A stretch of 64,000 nucleotides of DNA from Orbus sasakiae (GTDB lineage: Bacteria; Pseudomonadota; Gammaproteobacteria; Enterobacterales; Orbaceae): NCBI RefSeq assembly GCF_039542345.1, contig NZ_BAABHY010000006.1:28292-92291 (forward strand), read 5' to 3'. Numbering within the stretch: position 1 is the stretch's first letter; each line of letters begins with the position of its first letter. Below are positions 9,076-18,007 of the stretch, in pieces. The notes below the pieces were generated by a model. The model was not told the DNA's origin and made no database searches. It saw only the letters and a program-made list of their open reading frames with translations. A program made the position numbers and the translations under genes.

Positions 9076-10173
9076 ATGAAAAAATTCGTATTTAAGAAAG
9101 ATAAAAAGCATTGGCTGAGGATGGTCGAAAAACGTAATGATAGAAGAAAAGAGTCAAAAAATGATAAGCATTTAAGCACAATAGGAAGCAAATCACTTTA
9201 TGCTAATTCCAAAAAACGTGAAAAAGTTATTATGCCTAAAATTGTAGCACCCAGGATAATGTTGCTAAAAGTTAGTGAATATTACAATCAATTTATTAAT
9301 TTCATTAACGACTTTGAAAGACTATGTAAAAAAGCTAATGAGTTAAAATTTAGATTTGAATTAGACTTGAGCCATATAAAAGAGATGTATGGAGATGCTT
9401 GTGTATTATTCATTGCATCAGTTGACAGCATGTATCAACTATATCCAAATTTAAAAATCAAAATAAGGAAGCCAATAAAAGACATTACCTCTCGATATGA
9501 TCCTCATGCCGTCTTTTGTCACCTTGGTTTTTATAAATTATTTGGCCTAGAATACTCAGCTGATTGTTCAAGTGAGAATGTAGTATGTTGGAGGTATGTA
9601 ACTGGTGATTTAGCTGATGGGCAATTAACAGAACCTTTGATGAAAACATTAAATGATATGGGAATTAATACAAAGGAATTATATAGAAGCTGTATTGAAG
9701 GTATTGCTAATGCTGTTGAGCATGCATATATTCCACAGATTAAGTCTTCTCGTGATGTTAGAAATAAAAAATGGTGGATGTTATTAGCTAAATTGGATGG
9801 TAAATTACTATTATTTGTTTATGATCGTGGGCATGGAATTCCATCTACTTTGGAGTACACCCAAGATCAAAAAATTCTAAAGGAAATATGGAAAAAACTA
9901 AAACAACTAGTATCACCAACAAAGGATTGCTTATATATTAAGGCCTCAATGTTAGTAAAAGAAACTAGAACTGAATTAAATTATAGAGGTAAAGGAACAG
10001 GAGACATAAAATCATTTATAGACAAAACTGAAGGTAATCTTTTGAGAATATACTCAAGTAGAGGCACAATGATTTATAAAGGTGAATCTACGCCATCATT
10101 TTGCTATGATAACTCCATATCTATTAATGGTACTCTATTGCAGTGGAGTATCAAATTGCAGGATACTATATGA
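9076..10173 (+). CDS. GHKL (HATPase_c) domain protein, SpoIIAB/RsbW-like Ser-kinase/ATPase fold in the C-terminal half
   Basis: N-box 'EGIANAVEHAY', G1 box 'YDRGHGIP', G2 box 'GKGTGD'. N-terminal ~190 aa unassigned. Confidence 0.55.
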   Translation: MKKFVFKKDKKHWLRMVEKRNDRRKESKNDKHLSTIGSKSLYANSKKREKVIMPKIVAPRIMLLKVSEYYNQFINFINDFERLCKKANELKFRFELDLSHIKEMYGDACVLFIASVDSMYQLYPNLKIKIRKPIKDITSRYDPHAVFCHLGFYKLFGLEYSADCSSENVVCWRYVTGDLADGQLTEPLMKTLNDMGINTKELYRSCIEGIANAVEHAYIPQIKSSRDVRNKKWWMLLAKLDGKLLLFVYDRGHGIPSTLEYTQDQKILKEIWKKLKQLVSPTKDCLYIKASMLVKETRTELNYRGKGTGDIKSFIDKTEGNLLRIYSSRGTMIYKGESTPSFCYDNSISINGTLLQWSIKLQDTI

Positions 10174-10496
10174 AAACTATTTATGTTAGAGATTTTACTA
10201 AATACCCTGGAGCAAGACTTAGGAAATTAGGTCCGGGCAGTGGCGAAGAGTTTAGAGATGATTTTCTTATTCCACAACTGGATGGTAAAAATATTCAGAT
10301 CAATTTTGATGGAACTATTGGTTATGGTTCTTCTTTTCTTGAAGAAGCTTTTGGAGGCTTGATAAGAAAAGGAATTGATAAAGAAATTGTTTTGCACCTT
10401 GTTGATACAGCGATCTCGGATGAAGATCCATTATTGAAGAAAGAACTACTCATTTATGTAACGGAAGCTATCGCCGTTAACAAAAAAGGTAAATGA
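10170..10496 (+). CDS. STAS-like (DUF4325-like) small protein, candidate partner of the GHKL protein
   Basis: ATGA overlap with the upstream gene. 'ARLRKLGPGSGEEFR...INFDG..GYGSSFLEEAFGGLIRKG' resembles the DUF4325/STAS pattern. Confidence 0.45.
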   Translation: MKTIYVRDFTKYPGARLRKLGPGSGEEFRDDFLIPQLDGKNIQINFDGTIGYGSSFLEEAFGGLIRKGIDKEIVLHLVDTAISDEDPLLKKELLIYVTEAIAVNKKGK

Positions 10497-10497
10497 T

Positions 10498-10929
10498 ATG
10501 ACTACATCTGATTGGATTTCATTATGTTCATTGTTTATCGCGTTAATTGGAGTTCCTTTAGGATATTATTTAGGTTGCAGAAGTGCAAGACATGCAGCAT
10601 ATAATGACATGATTGATACTTTGGAAAGCATAACTCAGACAACATTTAATCTATTTTTAGAAATTTATACCAAACAGTCTGTAAATGATATTAAAGATTA
10701 CCATTTGATGATTGCTTATTATAAAAAGATACAAAGACATTGTTCCGAACTGAGAACAATGAAAAAAATCGCAATGCATAACAAAATAGACAATTTGTTG
10801 ATAGAAGTTAAACAAATAATGACAGATAAATTATTTCATGCAAATGAAGCAATAAAACAAAACTCACTTAGTGAGTTAATAGTGAAAATGGATGAACTGA
10901 ACGCTTTATACACAAAACGTTTTTATTAA
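10498..10929 (+). CDS. Small membrane-anchored protein (1 N-terminal TM), third gene of the moron
   Basis: Start 1 nt after the upstream stop. N-terminal hydrophobic helix 'ISLCSLFIALIGVPLGYYLG'. Confidence 0.5.
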   Translation: MTTSDWISLCSLFIALIGVPLGYYLGCRSARHAAYNDMIDTLESITQTTFNLFLEIYTKQSVNDIKDYHLMIAYYKKIQRHCSELRTMKKIAMHNKIDNLLIEVKQIMTDKLFHANEAIKQNSLSELIVKMDELNALYTKRFY

Positions 10930-10979
10930 TTAAATTATTTTTTGTTATTTTACCGTTATAGAGACCTTTTCTATTATTA

Positions 10980-11999
10980 ATGACAGTACGCAAACAAAAA
11001 TCAGGTAAATGGTTATTTGAAAAATACCTTGATGGTGGTCGTAGAGTTCGTAAGACTTTTGCAACCAAAGGCGAGGCATTAGCTTATGAAAATTATTTAG
11101 AAGAACAAACCAACGAAAGGCCTTGGTTAGGTGAAAAGATTGATCGCCGGCGTATTTCTGATTTAATTGATACTTGGTTTAATTCTCATGGTAAAGCGCT
11201 TGATAATGGTGAAAAGGTAAAGGGTATTTTAACTTTTATCTGTGAGTGTATTAATAATCCGTTAGTTGATGATTTTACTGCTAAAACATTTACCAATTAC
11301 CGTAAAAAAAGAATGTCTGGCGAATTTTTCCGGACAGAAAAAAAGAAAACTGTATCACTAAACACCTTAAATAAAGAGTTAATCTATTTTAGGGCTGTTT
11401 TTAATGAATTGAAACGCCTTGGCGAATGGGATAAACCAAACCCACTAGAGAACATCAAAGTCTTTAAACTTGATGAAACAGAGATGGCATGGCTAACCCA
11501 CGAGCAGATAGATCATCTCTTAAAGGAATGTGCTAATAGCCAGGCAGAACATCTTTTACTTAAAGTACAAATTGGATTGTCAACTGGTGCCCGATGGGGT
11601 GAAATCAACAACCTTACGGGCTTAAATGCTATTGATAATAAAATTACTTATGTAAAAACCAAAGGCCGTAAAAATAGAACAATTCCTATATCGAAACAGT
11701 TATTTGATCGAATACCAAAAACACAAGGTAAGCTGTTCCCAGATGGCGATAATATTAGTGCATTCCGAAAAGCTTTAAATCGATGTAATATCTCTTTACC
11801 TGATGGACAACTAACACACGTTCTAAGACATACATTTGCAGCCCATTTTATGATGAATGGTGGCAATATTCTTGTATTACAAAAAATACTCGGACACCAA
11901 GATATAAAAGTCACTATGAGATATGCTCACTTTGCTCCAGATCACTTTGAGCAAGCGATTGAGTTGAACCCTTTGAATAAACAAAATATTAGCAGGTAA
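10980..11999 (+). CDS. int: Tyrosine integrase, P2 Int family
   Basis: 'LSTGARWGEI', 'HVLRHTFAAHFMMNGGNILVLQKILGH...MRYAHF' align with P2 Int catalytic motifs (R..HxxR..Y). Confidence 0.9.
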   Translation: MTVRKQKSGKWLFEKYLDGGRRVRKTFATKGEALAYENYLEEQTNERPWLGEKIDRRRISDLIDTWFNSHGKALDNGEKVKGILTFICECINNPLVDDFTAKTFTNYRKKRMSGEFFRTEKKKTVSLNTLNKELIYFRAVFNELKRLGEWDKPNPLENIKVFKLDETEMAWLTHEQIDHLLKECANSQAEHLLLKVQIGLSTGARWGEINNLTGLNAIDNKITYVKTKGRKNRTIPISKQLFDRIPKTQGKLFPDGDNISAFRKALNRCNISLPDGQLTHVLRHTFAAHFMMNGGNILVLQKILGHQDIKVTMRYAHFAPDHFEQAIELNPLNKQNISR

Positions 12000-12003
12000 C
12001 ATT

Positions 12004-12714
12004 ATGGATAAAACTTATAATATTTATTGTGATGAATCATGTCATTTAGAACATGATAACCAAACGGCAATGGTATTAGGTTCGGTATGGTGTCCATTCT
12101 CGAAAAGAGAGGAAATATCTAAGCGAATTAGAGAGATAAAGCAAAGAAATAATATGTCACCTCATTTTGAAATTAAGTGGACAAAAGTTAGTGAAGGTAA
12201 TTTACGTTTATACATGGATATTATTGACTATTTTTTTGACGATGATGATTTGTATTTTAGGGGCTTAGTGGTTCCAAATAAAAATGTTCTAGACCATGAA
12301 AAATTTAATCAAACGCATGATGAATGGTATTACAAAATGTACTTTTTATTATTGAAAATGATATTTGAACCATGCAATAAATATAATGTATATATTGATA
12401 TTAAAGATACCACTGGCAATACTAAAGTTATAAAATTACATAATATATTATGTAATAGTGCTTATGATTATTCACATAATATTATTCAAAAAATTCAAAG
12501 AATTCACTCCCACGAGTCTGAACAGTTACAAATAGCAGATCTTATTATTGGTGCTTTATCTTATCTATTTAGAGGGCTTGCAGATAATAAAGCCAAAGTA
12601 AAAATAATTGAAAGGATAAAACAACGTACACAATTAAGTTTAACAAAAAACACATTACCTAAAGCAAAAAAATTTAATCTTCTAATATGGGATAAAAAAG
12701 AGGGAGATGAATAA
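12004..12714 (+). CDS. DUF3800-like protein (cargo gene between int and att)
   Basis: N-terminal 'YNIYCDESCHLEHDN' and a later 'EQLQIADLIIG' resemble DUF3800 conserved motifs (recalled from memory, unverified). Confidence 0.45.
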   Translation: MDKTYNIYCDESCHLEHDNQTAMVLGSVWCPFSKREEISKRIREIKQRNNMSPHFEIKWTKVSEGNLRLYMDIIDYFFDDDDLYFRGLVVPNKNVLDHEKFNQTHDEWYYKMYFLLLKMIFEPCNKYNVYIDIKDTTGNTKVIKLHNILCNSAYDYSHNIIQKIQRIHSHESEQLQIADLIIGALSYLFRGLADNKAKVKIIERIKQRTQLSLTKNTLPKAKKFNLLIWDKKEGDE

Positions 12715-13190
12715 TGTCTGAATGGTTACCGCCTATAATTCCTAATAATGGCTACAACGATTGGAATCATTACTTTAATGCAATATATAAAGTATTTGAG
12801 CAAGATTTTGTTATAGATAGACCAGTATATAATGGTGTCCGGTTAGGATTGAAAAATCACCCCGAATATAATGGAAAATCTGCCACATTTTGGCATCTTA
12901 TCTCTGAGGGGAGCATTGAAGAAGAGCGATTACCTTGCACTTATAGATGCGAACGAATTACGTATCCTAAACCAATTATTGATAATAGTAATGATGGATG
13001 TTTAAAAATATGGACAGAATTACGAAAAGGAGAAAATAGAATTCATATATGGTATGAAGATGAAAATTACCTTGTTGTATTAGCGGAACGCAAAAAAGGT
13101 TACATATTACCATGGACCGCTTTTTATATAAAAGAAGAACATAGCAAAATAAAATATAATCGGAGATGGATGCAGTATAAAGATAAGTAA
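12714..13190 (+). CDS. Hypothetical protein, translationally coupled partner of the DUF3800-like gene
   Basis: The start overlaps the upstream stop (TAATG). 158 aa, no motif recognised. Confidence 0.5.
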   Translation: MSEWLPPIIPNNGYNDWNHYFNAIYKVFEQDFVIDRPVYNGVRLGLKNHPEYNGKSATFWHLISEGSIEEERLPCTYRCERITYPKPIIDNSNDGCLKIWTELRKGENRIHIWYEDENYLVVLAERKKGYILPWTAFYIKEEHSKIKYNRRWMQYKDK

Positions 13191-13461
13191 TTTAGGCTGG
13201 CCTCGCCCTTATATTAGGACGGGACCGTATCTCCTTCAACACATGGTAGATGAGATGGCGTTATTATAACAATAATAATTGTGTAAAGTCTATAATTACA
13301 AACAAATATGTGACCTTTGTCATAAGTTCGGTAGGAAATCTGTTACCATAATGGCGGTAAAACGGCGGTTAAAAATCTTTTTATATGTTCTTTTGTGTGT
13401 TTATATGTTTTTTAACTAATTGATTTATTTGTAACTTATTGTTTTTATTGTATCGATTAAA

Positions 13462-13509
13462 GGATTGAAAATCCCCGTGTCCGTGGTTCGATTCCGCGTC
13501 CGGGCACCA
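13462..13509 (+). other. 3'-terminal 48 nt of tRNA-Phe(GAA) (anticodon stem to CCA): prophage att core, not a complete tRNA gene
   Basis: ggattGAAaatccccgtgtccgtggttcgattccgcgtccgggcacca matches the E. coli tRNA-Phe 3' half with compensatory T-stem changes. No 5' acceptor or D arm upstream. Confidence 0.75.
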
Positions 13510-13558
13510 ATCACCAAATTTTAAGACCTGCTTCCAGCAGGTTTTTTTATGCCTAAAG
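13487..13558 (+). repeat. Direct repeat copy 1 (tRNA-Phe 3' end plus ~48 bp downstream flank including terminator)
   Basis: ~72 bp, near-identical to 16419..16490. Confidence 0.75.
13527..13549 (+). terminator. Rho-independent terminator (native tRNA-Phe terminator carried in the repeat)
   Basis: cctgcttccagcagg followed by TTTTTTT. Confidence 0.6.
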
Positions 13559-13745
13559 CCTTTTGATGAAAGCCTTTCACCTTGTTTTACTACTCAACTC
13601 ACTTCAACAGATATTACCCCAAATCAAGTTCAAAAGTGGATACAAATGCGGGTACATTTGGTTCGATAATGGCGTGTATCCATAAATTAGTCTTAATTGC
13701 TTTGTTTGCAATGGTTAGCAGGATTTGCTAGTGAGAATATCAATT

Positions 13746-14885
13746 TTATCTGAATAAATTATCATACAAATTAGTTTTTTGAAGATTGTTATTTAACTCT
13801 TCAACTGAATTAATTATTTTATTTTTACAGGGATAATAAAATGAGCTATAAAATTGCCAAAAATTGATATCTGTATCACAAGTTTCCATATTCAGTATCA
13901 TGTCAAAATGGTGATTAATGTATTTTATTATCTCATTGAAAATGAAATCTGTAGTTTTATTGATATGCTCCCACTTTTTAGGTGGGGGAAGGTCTAGGAA
14001 GAATTTATCAGTTGTATCTATTATTTCTTTTATCACATCTTGTTGATCTTCCGTTATTAAAGCGTGGAACACAGTAATAGCTAATAGTTCAAAGAAACAA
14101 AAATACCGTTCAATATTTCCCCCTAAATTAATGTTTTCTTTATAGCTTTCTAATTTAGAATAAGAAGCACGATAATCGATAGATGTTGATATATTTTTTA
14201 TCAATAAATTATAAATAGGATAGTTATCAAACCTGTAACTTCCATATGAGGAAACCCGCTTTTCATAAATATTATCAATAATTTTATTTCCTATTTCCTC
14301 AATATAAGCAGAGGTCTTTTCTTTATATGTTTCTTTGAGATTATTATAAAAATTGATTCTTTCTGTTGAAGAAAATCGTTTTCGTAGAACTTCATCAATT
14401 TCAAAATTACTTTTTTTATCAGCTTTATTTTTTATGATATTGTTACTCATTTTGAATAATATTGCCGACGGTATTTTTAATATTTTATAGTCATGTTTTT
14501 CTAAAATCATATCTGTAGATGAAAACAATGGATTTAAAGATAAACAATATGATTTTGTATTTAAAATCCAGTAATCATGTTTAAAAAAACCACTATTGAT
14601 TAGTTTGTTTGTTACAACCTGTTTTTCTATTGAAAAATAAATTTCGGTTATATCGCTTAATTGTTCAATTTGCTCTAAGTAATCAGGATATTGCCTAAAT
14701 AGTGAATTTATCTCTTGCCACTCTTCTTTTTTTAGAAAATTGCTTAAGTGGAAACATTGATTGCTACAAAAGAATTTATTATTTGTTTTAAGCACTGCCC
14801 TGTTACAAAACTGACATTTTTTTTCGATGAAATCAGACGCTTTAACACGATTACGTTCCCAGTTTATATAATGAATCAAGCACAA
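13746..14885 (-). CDS. Hypothetical protein with an N-terminal Cys4 zinc-ribbon (orphan gene in the att-bounded islet)
   Basis: 379 aa. 'CQFCNRAV...CSNQCF'. Extremely AT-rich with Asn/Ile/Lys-rich codon usage. Confidence 0.55.
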   Translation of the reverse strand: MCLIHYINWERNRVKASDFIEKKCQFCNRAVLKTNNKFFCSNQCFHLSNFLKKEEWQEINSLFRQYPDYLEQIEQLSDITEIYFSIEKQVVTNKLINSGFFKHDYWILNTKSYCLSLNPLFSSTDMILEKHDYKILKIPSAILFKMSNNIIKNKADKKSNFEIDEVLRKRFSSTERINFYNNLKETYKEKTSAYIEEIGNKIIDNIYEKRVSSYGSYRFDNYPIYNLLIKNISTSIDYRASYSKLESYKENINLGGNIERYFCFFELLAITVFHALITEDQQDVIKEIIDTTDKFFLDLPPPKKWEHINKTTDFIFNEIIKYINHHFDMILNMETCDTDINFWQFYSSFYYPCKNKIINSVEELNNNLQKTNLYDNLFR

Positions 14886-14961
14886 CTTTTTTTGTTTAGC
14901 ATAAGGATGTGATCTGCTCTTAGTTTAGTGGAGACTTTTTAACAACAAAAAGGAGTCTCAT

Positions 14962-15255
14962 ATGAACAAAAAATACGATCCAAAATTTAAACAAGAAGCG
15001 GTTAATTTAGCACTAAATAACGAACAAACTTATCGACAAACAGCGAATGATTTAGGTATAAATTACAAAACATTTTGTAATTGGATATATCAAACGATGA
15101 ATAAACCTACCCATCAAGCGATAAAATCAAATAAAAAACCAGACTATCAAGAACTCGAGCGTCAAAATGAAGCGATGAAAAAAGAGCTTGAGCTACGCAA
15201 AAAGGAGATCGAAATTCTAAAAAAGGCCGCTCAGTACTTTGCAAGCCTGAAATAG
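14962..15255 (+). CDS. IS3-family transposase OrfA (HTH/leucine-zipper)
   Basis: 97 aa, typical IS3 OrfA. Slippery AAAAAAG lies near its 3' end. Confidence 0.8.
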   Translation: MNKKYDPKFKQEAVNLALNNEQTYRQTANDLGINYKTFCNWIYQTMNKPTHQAIKSNKKPDYQELERQNEAMKKELELRKKEIEILKKAAQYFASLK

Positions 15256-15302
15256 CAAGGTACGAATTTATTAAGAAGCAAAACGATTTATCTAAGCAAC
15301 GT

Positions 15303-16013
15303 TTGTTTCATCTATTTGACGTGTCGAGCAGTGGTTATTATGCCTATTTAAAACGGTCTCCGTCTCAGAGGATGTTGTTTAATGAGCAGCTTGACAAAAG
15401 AATTGCAGCACTATTTGAAGAGCATCGGTGTCTATACGGTTATAGACGTTTACATGTCGAACTTTTGGAGCAAGGCTATTATTTATCACGTGAACGAGTT
15501 CGTCGACGAATGAATAAACTTCACCTAAAGGCAAAACAACGCAAAAAGTATAAACAAACAACAGACAGTAACCACGACAAACCCGTTGCTGAAAATATTT
15601 TAGACAGGCATTTTTCAATGAATGCACCAAATCAAGCTTGGGTATGCGATATCACCTATATTAGAGTGAACGGGCAGTGGCTATACCTCGCTATTGTACT
15701 TGACCTCTACTCTCGTAAAATCATAGGCTGGGCGATGGATATACGCATGGAAAGCGCCCTCGTTTGTCAAGCCTTAACAATGGCTTTGCTTCATCGTGCT
15801 TATCCGAGTAAAGTGATTGTTCATAGTGATCGCGGCAGTCAGTATTGCTCAGAGGATTATCAAGCCATATTAACGGCTTATGGCTTAACGTGTAGTATGA
15901 GCCGCAAAGGTAACTGTTGGGATAATGCGGTGGCTGAAAGCTTTTTCCATACATTAAAAACAGAATGGATTTATCGACACAAACTAGAAAATATGGCAAA
16001 GCCAAGTCGATGA
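15303..16013 (+). CDS. IS3-family transposase OrfB (DDE core). The C-terminal ~30 codons continue in another frame to ~16110, so the 3' end looks frameshifted
   Basis: DDE-region motifs 'VHSDRGSQY...NCWDNAVAESFF'. The expected C-terminus '...YIEVYYNRVRKHSYLNYLSPVQFE' is encoded out of frame after 16013. Confidence 0.7.
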   Translation: MFHLFDVSSSGYYAYLKRSPSQRMLFNEQLDKRIAALFEEHRCLYGYRRLHVELLEQGYYLSRERVRRRMNKLHLKAKQRKKYKQTTDSNHDKPVAENILDRHFSMNAPNQAWVCDITYIRVNGQWLYLAIVLDLYSRKIIGWAMDIRMESALVCQALTMALLHRAYPSKVIVHSDRGSQYCSEDYQAILTAYGLTCSMSRKGNCWDNAVAESFFHTLKTEWIYRHKLENMAKPSR

Positions 16014-16418
16014 TCTTGTGGTATATTGAGGTTTACTATAACCGAGTAAGAAAGCATTCTTATTTAAACTATTTATCACCCGTTCAATTTGAAGAAAAGA
16101 GGATTTAATAGTTTCAAAATAACTCTCCACTTAAATGTGGGCAGATCAGTTGTAACTGCTACCTTAGATATTGACTCACTTCGAGCATTCCAAAGCCGAG
16201 CAAAACGCTGGCCTGAAGAAGGGGACAAGTTTAAACCAGTACCTGAAGGGTTCAAATTATCAAAAGACAGAAGAAAACTACCTCCTAAGTAAAATTATAG
16301 TAGAAATATCTTCACTGAACATAAATATAAAAGAAATAAAATTAAAGGATACAAACCCGGATACATCCTCTCACCTAAAATCCACCGACCCAATAACCCC
16401 AATGCTTTAGCCTATCTA

Positions 16419-16490
16419 TTCGATTCCGCGTCCGGGCACCAATTACCAAATTTTAAGACCTGCTTCTAGCAGGTTTTTTTATGTCTAAAA
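16419..16490 (+). repeat. Direct repeat copy 2 (last 23 nt of tRNA-Phe plus downstream flank)
   Basis: ttcgattccgcgtccgggcacca plus flank. Matches copy 1 with a few substitutions. Confidence 0.75.
16459..16481 (+). terminator. Rho-independent terminator (second copy)
   Basis: cctgcttctagcagg followed by a T-run. Confidence 0.5.
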
Positions 16491-16808
16491 CCCATTAAAA
16501 CCTACAAAAGCTTATGAAGAAAGGCTTTTCAGTAATATACTAAACTCTTGATTTATCGACTATTACTCATTTTGAACTCCACCGAAGTCAATCTACATTA
16601 CCCCACATCAACAAGCAAAAAGGGTAAAAAAGAGGGTAACACTCGGTTCAATTTAGGTTGTTACCCTTATGAAGAGTAAAAAGATAGATTATTTCTAGCA
16701 TAACGACATATTTTACAAAAAAGATCCTTCCAAAAATATTAAATAGCAATAATTCGTTGAAAAAAAATATCTTGTTTATATAATTTGGATTAATAATTTG
16801 ACAGTACC

Positions 16809-17552
16809 CTAGAATGTATAAGCCACACCCCCAAAAACAGAAGCGACAGTGCTGTGGGCGATCATTGGGCTGTTTGCTGCGTCGCTTGTGAGTTTGTCGA
16901 TTCGTACGCCGACGAATGCGTTAATATTTTCGGTGAACATATATTGTCCTGATAATTCAATATACGGTGTAATCGCGCTGTCCGCATCATGATAGGCGAG
17001 TTCTGAACGGGCTGATTCTTTGTGTGATACGCCGAAATAGTGGTTATTGTGACTGCTGTTTGTCCAATTTAAGCCAATTTTTGGCGTGATACTCCAGTTT
17101 TCGCCATAAATGGGATAGCTGTAGTTGGCATTGACAATCACACTGTTACTTTCGTTTAGTACATCGGCGCCGACTTTGGTCGCAAAATCTCCCCATTTAG
17201 TTGAAAGCGAATAACCGACTTCGGCAAGCAGCGTTGAATTGCGTTTTTTGAGTTGTTTTAGCTGCTCATCATCCGATTTTTTCGGATCAAACTGGAGGAC
17301 GAGGTAGTTGATTCCCAGGGTGACGGCTTGGTCATTATCGTTATAGGCATAAGCCCCTGCGGATAATCCATTGACATAAAAAAGACCATCATCATAATAA
17401 ACATAAGGAATTGCGTCATAAACAGCACCATAGCCTTTATAGGGCGAGTCAATTAAGCCGCCTGCGATGCCCAGCGAGACGTCACTTGCCGATGCAACCG
17501 ACGAAATAGTTAATGTAGAAAAGATGGATAATGTGGTAAGTACTTTTTTCAT
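16809..17552 (-). CDS. MipA/OmpV-family outer-membrane protein
   Basis: 247 aa, signal peptide, Tyr/Gly-rich beta-strand pattern, C-terminal 'AYTF'. Confidence 0.7.
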   Translation of the reverse strand: MKKVLTTLSIFSTLTISSVASASDVSLGIAGGLIDSPYKGYGAVYDAIPYVYYDDGLFYVNGLSAGAYAYNDNDQAVTLGINYLVLQFDPKKSDDEQLKQLKKRNSTLLAEVGYSLSTKWGDFATKVGADVLNESNSVIVNANYSYPIYGENWSITPKIGLNWTNSSHNNHYFGVSHKESARSELAYHDADSAITPYIELSGQYMFTENINAFVGVRIDKLTSDAANSPMIAHSTVASVFGGVAYTF

Positions 17553-17652
17553 GAGATTCCTTAATAAATTAAATAATGGAAATTCCTAAGTGGGCGTTAA
17601 CCCACTTAAAATCGTTATATATCCTAATGATTTAAGATTGAAAACTTAGGGA

Positions 17653-18003
17653 TTAAAAGCCAATGTGCAAATTTATGCATCGATTATTACGGCGATAATA
17701 CCCTGGTGTAACGCCGAACTGTTTTTTAAACGCCCTCGTTAATGATTGTTGGGATTCAAAATGATATTCCACCGCGATATTCACAATTGCTTTGTTGGTG
17801 TTTTTTAACTTCAATGCAATGGCAACCAGTCGCCGAAAACGGATATAAGTTCCGAGTGTTTGACCTAACATATTTTTAAACATCCGTTGTAAATGCCATT
17901 TTGAATAGCCTGCTTTTTTGGCAATATCATCAATTTGTAATGATCCGTCTAAATTGGATTCGATCCATTTGACAAGATCGAAAATAAAATTGATTTGATA
18001 CAT
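17653..18003 (-). CDS. MarA/SoxS/Rob-like small AraC-family transcriptional activator
   Basis: 116 aa with two HTH units ('IDDIAKKAGYSKWHLQRMFK', 'IVNIAVEYHFESQQSLTRAFKKQFGVTP'). Confidence 0.8.
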   Translation of the reverse strand: MYQINFIFDLVKWIESNLDGSLQIDDIAKKAGYSKWHLQRMFKNMLGQTLGTYIRFRRLVAIALKLKNTNKAIVNIAVEYHFESQQSLTRAFKKQFGVTPGYYRRNNRCINLHIGF

Positions 18004-18007
18004 ACTG

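Larger units (their letters stand above)
14929..16129 (+). mobile_element. IS3-family insertion sequence (copy 1), ~1.2 kb
   Basis: Imperfect terminal IRs tggagac...gtctcca-like (TGGAGACTTTTTAAC / revcomp TGGAGAGTTATTTTG). OrfA plus OrfB with an A6G slippery site at 15219..15225. Confidence 0.7.

Noticed and set aside
13462-13509. Calling a complete tRNA-Phe gene here
   Set aside because: Only the 3' 48 nt (anticodon stem 3' side to CCA) match. The upstream sequence cannot form the acceptor 5' strand or D arm, so it is an att core duplicate, not a gene.
16089-16410. Small ORFs 16089..16292 and 16171..16410 between the IS3 right end and the second att repeat
   Set aside because: They start inside the IS terminal repeat and have no RBS. 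They more likely reflect the remnant 3' end of a gene disrupted by the IS (noted in a finding) than intact genes.
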